Source: Octopus sinensis (lineage: Eukaryota). Taken from it: DNA of 21,497 nucleotides. The notes beneath the pieces are model-generated. The model was not told the DNA's origin and made no database searches. It worked only from the letters and a program-made list of their open reading frames with translations. Below are positions 9,776-18,335 of the stretch, in pieces. The DNA lies in the NCBI RefSeq assembly GCF_006345805.1, contig NW_021823698.1, positions 1-21,497 on the forward strand, written 5' to 3'. The translations under genes and the position numbers were made by a program. Within the stretch, counting starts at the first letter, position 1. Every line of letters begins with the position of its first letter.

Positions 9776-10125
9776 TTGAGTAATTGAATGAATTATCTTA
9801 TTAAGGATAATTCGAAAGATAACCGATACCTGGGTAGCAAATTCACATCAGAAAGAACACGGTTGAAGCTACGTCCCTAGGGCATAGACTACGTGTCTTC
9901 GTGCGGAAATTTGCATGTTTGTTTTAAAATTATAAGTATATGAAAGAATGGAGTAGAACGACTAGTTAACAAATATCCTTTATTCTCGACATATGTTTCG
10001 AAGGTTGCATATTCCTAATTCCGAAGGAATAAGGAGTACATTATGCAGATTTCTCATCAGGAAAATCAAGGAACTTATGTCGACATCAAAATGCACAAAA
10101 AGCTTTTAGCTGACCGCTCTCAAGG
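9776..10125 (-). mobile_element. Penelope-like pseudo-LTR fragment containing a canonical hammerhead
   Basis: Hammerhead followed at once by AATAAA; 3' end abuts (TA)n at about 9755-9775; 5' boundary approximate. Confidence 0.7.
9976..10072 (-). ncRNA. Type I hammerhead ribozyme, canonical core, long stem II
   Basis: UCCUUGAUUUUC-CUGAUGA-[GAA..UGCAUA..UCCU.AUUCC UUC GGAAU.AGGA.UAUGCA..UUC]-GAAAC-AUAU-GUC^GAGAAUAAAGGA; cleavage predicted between 9988 and 9987. Confidence 0.85.
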
Positions 10126-10130
10126 AGCCC

Positions 10131-10520
10131 ATAGGCGTGGGAGTGACTGTGTGGTATGTAGCTTACTTACGAATCACATGGTTCCAGGTTCAGTCCCACT
10201 GCGTGGCACCTTGGGCCGACCAAAGCCTTGTGAGTGGATTTGGTCGATGGAAACTGAAAGAAGCCCGTCGTATATATGTATATATATATATATATGTATG
10301 TGTGTGTATATCATTGTGTGCCTGTGTTTGTCCCCCCACCCCAACATCACTTGACAACCGATGCTGGTGTGTTTACGTCCCCGTAACTTAGTGGTTTAGC
10401 AAAAGATACCGATAAAATAAGTACTAGGCTTCCAAAGAATAAGTCCTGGGGTCGATTTGCTCGACTAAAGGCGGTGCTCCAGCATGGCCACAGTCAAATG
10501 ACTGAAACAAGTAAAAGAGT
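10131..10520 (+). mobile_element. SINE family A, full-length young copy with a small internal deletion
   Basis: tRNA-like head with A/B boxes, body, internal (TA)(TG) microsatellite, tail ending acaagtaaaagag. Reads ccttgggccgacc where other copies have ccttgggcaagtgtcttctactatagcctcgggccgacc. Confidence 0.92.
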
Positions 10521-10529
10521 AGCATTTAT

Positions 10530-10713
10530 CGTTTACTTATTTCAGCCAGTAGATTGCGGCCATGCTGGAGTACCGCCTTGAAGAAATTTTAGTCTCCAGT
10601 ACTTACTTTTATAAGCCTGGTCTCTTATGCTGAACTGCTATGTTACAGGGACGTAAACACACTAACATCTGTTGTCAAGCGGTAGCGGGGAAACAAATCC
10701 AGACACAAACACA
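10530..10713 (-). mobile_element. SINE family A tail half (antisense)
   Basis: gcggccatgctggagtaccgcctt...acgtaaacacac...gttgtcaagcggt is the reverse complement of the tail. Confidence 0.85.
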
Positions 10714-10791
10714 ATTTATTCTCGAAGGCACGATAATACAATAGCATGAACAGGATAAACTATCCAGATATTGCAGAAAGAAATCGTTACC

Positions 10792-10864
10792 TGCCAGCCA
10801 GAAGACTCGAACTCACATCTCTGTGATTACGCATCAAGTGCTTTAACCTGTAAGCTAATCTGCT
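10792..10864 (-). pseudogene. Degenerate tRNA-like sequence (Thr-CGT-like anticodon)
   Basis: A box TAGCTTACAGG, D stem GCTT/AAGC, loop TGCGTAA, B box GAGTTCGAGTC; acceptor and T stems poorly paired; G at position 33. Confidence 0.6.
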
Positions 10865-11066
10865 CAGCAACGAATAGTTCTGCAATTTTAGGATCTATAA
10901 ATCTAGCTTTATAAGAAGCTGACGTTAAATTTAACTTACGATGAAAGTAGACTAAGTTTGCTTTAGAAGCGCTGAGATGTATTGAAAGATACAGAAATAA
11001 TTTATTTTCAAGCGCACGATAGTGCTAATACAGTACCACGAACAAGATAACCTACCCATATATTGA

Positions 11067-11106
11067 AGACAAACAGAGACACACAAACATACACACACAC
11101 ACACAC

Positions 11107-11154
<48 letters not shown>

Positions 11155-11322
11155 TACGACGGGCTTCTTTCAGTTTCCGTCTACCAAATCCACTCACAAG
11201 GCTTTGGTCGGCCCGAGGCTATAGTAGAAGACACTTGCCCAAGGTGCCATGCAGTGGGACTGAACCCGGAACCATTTGATTTGTAAGCTAGCTACTTACC
11301 ACATAGCCACTCCTACGCCTAT
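11067..11322 (-). mobile_element. SINE family A head and body (antisense, young)
   Basis: cgacgggcttctttcagtttccgtctaccaaatccactcacaaggctttggtcggcccgaggctatagtagaagacacttgcccaagg...ccactcctacgcctat. Confidence 0.92.
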
Positions 11323-11339
11323 AAAAAATATATATATAT

Positions 11340-11540
11340 TTTAATAAGTGTAGGTGGTATACGAGTGGGTATATATTTATAAAAAAGAAGTTTGAAAACG
11401 TCACTATATAAGATAAATTTTAATTTTCTTAGAGATTTTATATGTTTCGGTTCTTCTTGAAAAAAGGAACCTTATCAAAAATATTTTTAAAAGCTAAGTG
11501 TAAAAATGACCAGCGGCCGAAATAGCAGTAGTAGCAGTGA

Positions 11541-11542
<2 letters not shown>
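11340..11542 (-). mobile_element. Probable decayed Penelope-like fragment with eroded hammerhead motif
   Basis: Minus strand TTGATAA-GGTTC...GAACC-GAAAC-ATAT at about 11438-11478; (TA)n on both flanks. Confidence 0.4.
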
Positions 11543-11575
<33 letters not shown>

Positions 11576-11624
11576 AATACTAAATTTCTAAATCTCTCGT
11601 AGAGACATGTACGGTGGTTGGGCG

Positions 11625-11883
11625 ATAGAATGGTTGTATACAGTCAATCTAACACGAACGTGACAGTAGGGGGGTACACCACCGCTGTATAGCCCTAGGA
11701 AACATCGAAGCCTCCTGATGGCTTTGACACATTTTTCCTGTGTCCTTCGTAAATGTATATAAGGACACAGGAAAAATGTATCAAAGCCATCAGGAGGCTT
11801 CGATGTTTCCTAGGGCTATACAGCGGTGGTGTAGCCCCCTACTGTCACGTTTGTGTTAGATTGACAGTATACAACCATTCTAT
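11625..11883. repeat. Fold-back inverted repeat, 123-bp arms, 13-nt spacer
   Basis: 11625-11747 versus 11761-11883; 4 mismatches counted by eye. Confidence 0.97.
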
Positions 11884-12236
11884 ATATATATATATTACAT
11901 ACATTCACAGACATTTAACTTATATTAGTCTTAATGCATACACAGGCACACACTCATGCACAAACACACATATATACACACACTATTGTTAGATGAGCAC
12001 ATGCACGTACCCCAACAGCTGAGCGCCTCATCCTTGCTTTTTAAACACATTGTATATCAATAGAAGTTAGTTAAAAATTGTAATATGAGACATTAAATGA
12101 AAAGCTGCTTGAAATTTTATTGAAGAGCAGGTAAAATAAAGAGTTGAAGATGTGTGAGGACTATGTTAAATTATGTAGCGAAGTCTTTGACTAATGATTC
12201 CAAAGGAAACAGCTGGAATTCGTAGTTAAGGAGAGT

Positions 12237-12336
12237 TACCGTATTTACTCGAATGTAGATCACCCTATTTTATTCTCGATTGTAACTAAAAAAAAAAAAA
12301 AAACTGTGAAGCGACTTATACTTAAGGTAAAGTCTG
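12237..12336. mobile_element. Possible decayed Tc1/mariner (pogo/Tigger-like) MITE
   Basis: Left TA-CCGTATTTACTCGAATGTAG; right gcgacttatacttaaggtaaag is a degraded inverted counterpart. Confidence 0.4.
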
Positions 12337-12658
12337 AATATCAAGGGAAATTTTTTGTACCAGATCTAACACGAAATGTTCCTTTTCAAAACTAACTGCA
12401 ACACTGGGAGATTATTGTAAAACTGGCACAATATCTTCTTCAAGAAATGGTGATGATGGTGAATAGCATATCTGAATAAGTAAAAACTGATGGATTTGGA
12501 GTTTTAATTTTTCGTTCTTTTCCTTTAAGGTATGAGATGTTTTACCATAGCCGTTTTGGCGCCGCCTATTTGGCGTCGCTGATTCGACGCTGACTTATTT
12601 GACATCAGGTATTATAATGTTTGTCTTGTTTTAATGCTTCTCTCGTTCTCTTCCCCTA

Positions 12659-12660
<2 letters not shown>

Positions 12661-12716
<56 letters not shown>

Positions 12717-12898
12717 GTGTGCGAGAATATTCCTCTTTATGCGTAAGAGGAGAGGGAAATTATTTATGTCGATCCTGTTCAAGTAATATGTTGTGACGTC
12801 TCTCTCCCTCTCTTTCTCCCTCTTTTTCTTCCCCCCTACTCTCCTCTCTCTCTCTCTCACTCTCTCTTCTCTCTCTCTCTCTCTTTCTCACTCTTTCT
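12661..12898. repeat. (CT)n microsatellites
   Basis: Seen directly. Confidence 0.9.
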
Positions 12899-13249
12899 AC
12901 ATGCATATTTCTGCGCGCGTGTATGTGTTTGCCTCCACTACCAAAAGTACTGTCACCGAAACAGCTGACTGTCCTCTCAACCGCGCCCAATCGTCAGCGT
13001 CCAAGCAGCTACGCCAGATCGTCTCATTCTGTGTATTTTCTTTTTCTTTTCTTTTTCTTTTGCCCATACACAGTCGAAGAGCCAATGTTATAATAAATCA
13101 CACAAACTTCAGACTGCTCTGTTGTCGAGTCTTCCTGTTATCTTTTTTTTTCTTTCTTTCAAACGTATGATACAAGTGATTTATATTACGAGAAGAACAT
13201 TTTAAATGCATTACTACCACAACAGAGGCTAAATTTGATCAAGTAGTAG

Positions 13250-13600
13250 TAAATACAGAAACTAGAAATCTTCAGAATCATGTAATGCGACTTATTACTA
13301 ACACCAAATTCTAAAACCATATCGAAATTGAAGATCTAAGAAAAATAACCAAATTACACCAATCTCCTCTGTCATCAAAAATAAGTACTCAAGCTACTTG
13401 GCCACACTAAGCGAATGATTCGTGGCGCCAGAACGATCTGCTTGGAAAGTATGATTAATGGAAAGAGAAACAGAGGTCGGCAAAAGATGGAGACATAGCA
13501 TCACAGCATGGACAGGTCTTGACATATCATTCCTGAATGCTCTTGCGAAGTATCAAATACTATGGAGCCAGGTATCTCGTGTTTGGTGCACATCGTGCCA
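13250..13600 (+). pseudogene. RTE-clade LINE ORF2 C-terminal remnant (frameshifted)
   Basis: Across frames: RNLQNHVMRLIT..HIEIEDLRKIT / KLLGHTKR / ICLESMINGKRNRGRQK / RWRHSITAWTGL..LNALAK..ILW, matching the RTE motif GH..R...G.R.RGR...RW...I..W.G. Confidence 0.8.
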
Positions 13601-13874
13601 CAAGCGGCGAGGGCGGGAAATGATGGCGCGAATGGATAAAAAAAAAAAGAGAAAGGAGGAGAGGGACGGAGAGAGGAAGAGGACAAGAGAAACTTCAAAA
13701 TAAGAGAAATATTAAAACGTTTGATGTGTAAACATATGTCAGCGCCGAATCAGCAACGCCACATAAACACCGACAAAACAGCTGTGCCACAACGTCTCAA
13801 AGGCTGAGGAAAAACTTGGCCGGTAAGTTGCCGACATATTAATATATTACCAAATATGATGTCCAGTATGTATT

Positions 13875-14245
13875 TTTTATCTTTTATTCGTTGAGCCATT
13901 AGATTGTGGTCATGCTGGGGCAACAAGTTAACGGGTTTAGTCAGACAAATTGATCCTGATCCTTTTCTTTTTTATTAAGTCTTATCCTCATTCGATCGGT
14001 CTCTTTTTGCTGAACCGCTAACTTACGTTGACGTAGACAAACCCACACTAGTTGTCAAGTGGTAGTACGGGTTAAACACAAACGGAAAGATACACAAACT
14101 TCGGTGTACACAGATATACCACTCACAGTCCCTTGGTCGCCTTGGGGCTATAGCAGAAGACACGAGCCTAAGCTGCCACTCAGTGGGACTGAACCCAAAA
14201 CCATGTGATTGGGAAGCAGACTTCTTACAATCCAGCCATGCTTCC
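13875..14245 (-). mobile_element. SINE family A, diverged full-length copy
   Basis: Tail (gtcatgctgggg), ttgtcaagtggt, body (ggctatagcagaagacac), head (gtgggactgaaccc...gggaagca). Confidence 0.85.
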
Positions 14246-14329
14246 ACTTATTGTACATGAAGCCCGAATAATAATGGAATGAATCATCATAAATATGAAC
14301 TTTACATCTTCTATGGATGCAGAAAACCA

Positions 14330-14480
14330 GAATGGGTAAAAAGTTCGCTTCGCAATCACAAGGCCCCATGTTCAATCCCACAACATGGCATCAAGATAAA
14401 GTGTTTTTTACCATAATCTCGTCTCGGCCAAATTTTTGTGGGTGGAAATGAGTTGATAGAAACTGTATGGAAGCCCGTCG
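14330..14480 (+). mobile_element. SINE family A head and body, highly diverged
   Basis: ggtaaaaagttcgcttcgcaatcac...gttcaatccca...gaaactgtatggaagcccgtcg. Confidence 0.7.
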
Positions 14481-14554
14481 GGTGGGTTCTACCCATAATT
14501 TGAATGTCCAATATTGTCATACTGTATCATACTGAAAAGAGAAATGAAAAAATA

Positions 14555-14686
14555 GACTGATTGATTGATCGATTGATTGATTGATTGATTGATTGATAAA
14601 TAGATGGATTGATGGGTATGTAGGTAGGTAAGTAGGTAGGTAGGTAGGTAGGTAGGTAGGTAGGTAGGTAGGTAGGTAGGTAGGTA
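14555..14686. repeat. (GATT)n then (TAGG)n microsatellites
   Basis: Seen directly. Confidence 0.95.
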
Positions 14687-14982
14687 AGTCTATTCAACTT
14701 AGCATTAAGGTGTTTGCTGTCTTGTATTGGTGCTTGAAATTCTTATATAATTTGTTATTTTGCTCTCTTACTCAGCTAGATAGAGAGAGAGAGAGATCGA
14801 GAGACAGACAGACAGACAGATAGACAGATAGACAGAGACAGACAAACACACACACACACACACATACACACACACAGATGAATAATGAGATAGATAAAGA
14901 TAGGGAGGCGTATAGAGAAACAAATAGACAGACAGCAGACAGACAGACACAGACAGATAGATAGATAGATAGATAGGTAGAT

Positions 14983-15903
14983 AAGTTTCTTTATTGGCCA
15001 CACAGGGCTGCACACAGATGGGACAAGTTACAAGGTAGAGCTTTTCTTTTGAGGGATGAAAAAAAGGGGGTGGCGTAGGTTTTCGATCAAGAGGGATCGT
15101 AAAAGGGAAGAAAAGAACAAAAAAATGAAAAAAAATAAATAGAATAAAAATAAAAAGAATAAAAGAAAAAAAAAGGGAAAAGGAACAAAAGAAAAGAGAA
15201 ATGAAAAAAGAAGAAAAAGGGGAAAAAAAGGGGAAGAGGAAACGATCAATAGGGATCGTGTATCACAGTGTTATGATATATGGTGTAAAGGGGAAAGCAA
15301 GTAAGGTTTATCCGTGGAAAGAAAAGCCTACGAAAAAGACCACGGTAACCTTGGTCAATATTGTTATGTGTTACCACATTTGTTTGCAAGTGGGTAACCC
15401 TCTGTTTTCAATTTCTGGGTTCATATAGGTTATGCTCAAGGTGGCTTCGTCATTCATACGTGCCATCCTTGCTACATTCACCATCTTTTTTTAAAACATT
15501 CGCTAGACAAAACTTGCCTCTCTACTCTCACTTTCCTTTTCAAGTGGTACTTGAAGAAGTTAATGAGAGATTGACCAGAGAGGAAAGTGTTTGTCTCCGA
15601 TCCTTTCAGACGCGTCCACCAGATACATTCTTTCGCCATAGCCACAAGGATGATGACTATGGCGAAAGAATGACCAAGGTTACCGTGGTCTTTTTCGTAG
15701 GCTTTTCTTCCCACGGATAAACCTTACTTGCTTTCCCCTTTACACCATATATCATAACACTGTGATACACGATCCCTATTGATCGTTCTTTTTTTTTCTC
15801 TTCCCCTTTTTTTCCCATTTTTCTTCTTTTTTCATTTCTCTTTTCTTTTGTTCCTTTTCCCTTTCTTTCTTTTTTCTTTTATTCTTTTTATTTTTTATTC
15901 TAT
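14983..15903 (-). mobile_element. 5'-truncated L1/Tx1-like LINE with inverted duplications at its 5' junction, embedded in (GATA)n
   Basis: Minus strand: ORF2 C-terminal remnant, pyrimidine-rich 3' UTR, AATAAA near 14990-14995, then (TATC)n. 15671-15903 is an inverted copy of 15139-15357. Confidence 0.78.
15478..15655 (-). pseudogene. L1/Tx1-like ORF2 C-terminal remnant
   Basis: IILVAMAKECIWWTRLKG...LINFFKYHLKRKVRVERQVLSSECFKKRW resembles the hydrophobic-AK..IW..R...F...W tail found after the zinc knuckle in Tx1/L1 ORF2. Confidence 0.72.
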
Positions 15904-15996
<93 letters not shown>

Positions 15997-16018
15997 GCAG
16001 ACAGACAGACAGACAGAC

Positions 16019-16068
<50 letters not shown>
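15904..16068. repeat. (GATA)n/(GACA)n microsatellite
   Basis: Seen directly. Confidence 0.95.
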
Positions 16069-16069
<1 letters not shown>

Positions 16070-16449
16070 AGTGAAAGTAGGGTTATTCAGTACTGCTACA
16101 TTTAAGAGAGGACTCAATACAGGCATTATTGTTTTACGTATTCGTACATACACGAACACATACAGAGTAATAGACACACACACACAACACACACACACAC
16201 AATATCAGAAACGTCAGTTTTTGCAGAGAAATATTAACGGTCACCTTCAATGTTCTGCAAAATGGGGCAGACACTTTGTCACCACACCTTCTGTTCGGCT
16301 TGACCTTTTACCGAGATTCTTGTATAATATGAACGTCAGCGACAATAACATCAACAACAAAAACAACAACAACAACCACACTGACAGCAACGACGACGAT
16401 GGCGACCACAGGAGCAAACAACAATAACAACTACTATGTAGTCATAAAA

Positions 16450-16620
16450 CCTGCTAGAAATAGCAACCAAACCATCTTTACATCACACACTAACGTTTAA
16501 AGTAAGGAAAAGACAAATTGGATAAAATAGTATTAGGTGTCACTAGAAAAGTGGGGTTGTCATGGATGGAAGCTTTTCATCATAGGTCTGCTGAATTAGG
16601 GGTCAAATAAGAACAGCTAC
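16450..16620 (+). mobile_element. Dispersed repeat family D fragment
   Basis: cctgctagaaatagcaaccaaa...attggataaaatagt...catcataggtctgct. Confidence 0.6.
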
Positions 16621-16669
16621 AAATACAAGGCAACGCGGGATGTCCTACATCGGTGGTACTCAACCGGGG

Positions 16670-17088
16670 AAAGGCGGCGAGCTGGCAGAAACGTTAGCAC
16701 GCCGGGCGAAATGCTTAGCGGCATTTCGTCTGCCGCTACGTTCTGAGTTCAAATTCCGCCGAGGTCGACTTTGCCTTTCATCCTTTCGGGGTCGATTAAA
16801 ATACAAGTTACGCTATGCACTCGATCGATGTAATCGACTTAATCCGTTTGTCTGTCCTTGTTTGTCCTCTCTGTGTTTGGCCCCTTGTGGGTAGTAAAGA
16901 AATAGGTATTTCGTCTGCCGTTAAGTTCTGAGTTCAAATTCCGCCGAGGTCCACTTTGCTTTTCATCCTTTCGGGGTCGATTAAATAAGTACCAGTTACG
17001 CACTGGGGTCGATGTAATTGACTTAATCCGTTTGTCTGTCCTTGTTTGTCCCCTCTGTGTGTAGCCCGTTGTGGGCTGTAAAGAAATA
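16670..17088 (+). mobile_element. SINE family B (Nin-domain-like): head plus two body units, 15-bp TSD
   Basis: TSD ggtactcaaccgggg at 16655-16669 and 17089-17103; unit junction aaagaaatag|gtatttcgtctgccg at about 16905. Confidence 0.92.
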
Positions 17089-17178
17089 GGTACTCAACCG
17101 GGGTCCGTACCACCCTTGGAGGTCCATTAAAAATTTTGTTGTTAAATTTCAAGTGCACTGAATTGATTATATGTCTAC

Positions 17179-17364
17179 AAGGCGGGTGGTTTAGTGGTTA
17201 GGGTATTCAGCTTACGATCGTAAAGTCGTGAGTTCGATTCACAGCGCGCATTGTGTTCTTGAGCAAGATATTTTATTTCACGTTGCTCCAGTCCATTCAG
17301 CTGCTAAATATGAGTTGTACCTGTTTTCCAAAGAACATGATAACAAGGTACACTCTGTGTCACG
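17179..17364 (+). mobile_element. SINE family C (tRNA-Arg-ACG-like head, Meta-domain-like body)
   Basis: tggtttagtggttagg A box, cttACGat, gagttcgattc B box, ttgagcaaga...ttgctccagtccattcagctg. Confidence 0.82.
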
Positions 17365-17992
17365 CTGAGTCTCCCTCAAGACGACGTTAAGGGTACGTGT
17401 CTCTGTGGAATGCTCAGCCACTTTCACGCTAATTTCACGTGCAGGCTGTCATTCCTGAATCTCCCTGAATACTACGTTAAGTGTACACGTGTCTGTGGAG
17501 TACTCAGCCACTTGCACTTTAATTTCACTTGCAGACCGTTATCCCTAAATCTCCCTCAAAACTACTTTAAGGGTACACGTACCTGTGGAATGCTCAGCCA
17601 CTTTCACGCTAATTTCACGTGCAGGCTGTCGTTCCTGAATCTCCCTGAGTACTACGTTAAGTGTACACGTGTCTGAGGTGTACTCAGCCACCTGCACATT
17701 AATTTCACTAGCAAACCGTTATCCCTGAATCTCACAACTACGTTAAGTGTACACGTGTCTGTGGAGTACTCTGCCACTTGCATATTAATTTCACTAGCAC
17801 ACTGTTATCCCTGAATCCCCCCCACAAATATGTTAAGGGTACACGTGTCTGTGGAGTACTCAGCCAGTTGCACAATAATTTCACTAGCAGACCGTTATCC
17901 CTGTATCTCCCACAGAACTACGTTAAGGGTACACGTGTCTGTGGAGTACTCAGCCGTTTTGACGTTAACCTGACGAGCAGATGACTCCGTTG
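17365..17992 (+). repeat. Tandem array of seven ~90-bp units derived from the SINE C tail
   Basis: Unit starts at 17365, 17455, 17545, 17635, 17725, 17811 and 17901; single-copy equivalent at about 18138-18230. Confidence 0.95.
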
Positions 17993-18273
17993 ATCATAAG
18001 GTCGTAAGTTCGATTCCCGGTGGCGGGTTGTATCCTTGAGCAAGACACTTTACTTCACGTTGCTCCAATCCACTCAAAAGGCAAAAATGAGATGTACCTG
18101 TATTTTTAAGGGCCAGCCAAGCACATTCTGAGTCACGCTGAATCTCCCTGAAAATTACCTTAAGAGTACGCGTGTCTTTGGGGTGCTCAGCCATTTCCAC
18201 GTTAATTACACGATCAGGTTATTCTGTTGATTCAATCTACTGGATCCCTCGTCGTCGTAACCGACGGAGTACC
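17993..18273 (+). mobile_element. SINE family C, 5'-truncated, with single tail unit
   Basis: aagttcgattccc B box, tccttgagcaagacactttacttcacgttgctcca, tail ending cgtcgtaaccgacggagtacc. Confidence 0.85.
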
Positions 18274-18335
18274 TGTTTGAATATTTCTACAATAAATAAA
18301 ATATTTTAATTTTTTTTATACAAGTCTTAATAATC

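Larger units (their letters stand above)
12533..13799. mobile_element. Old element bounded by ~130-bp diverged terminal inverted repeats (MULE-like)
   Basis: 12533-12598 versus reverse complement of 13734-13799: 51/66 identical, ungapped; similarity continues to about 12660 and 13665. No TSD recognised. Confidence 0.6.

Noticed and set aside
17179-17250. Possible tRNA-Arg genes here and at 21189-21260, and tRNA-like heads of SINE A
   Set aside because: Stems are broken and each continues into a SINE body; they are SINE heads, not tRNA genes.
17455-17810. Hammerhead-like string on the minus strand of the 90-bp units (AAGTGG-CTGAGTA-CTCCACA-GACAC-GT-GTA-CACTT)
   Set aside because: Two invariant core positions differ (CUGAGUA, GACA) and stem II cannot form, so it is not called a retrozyme array.
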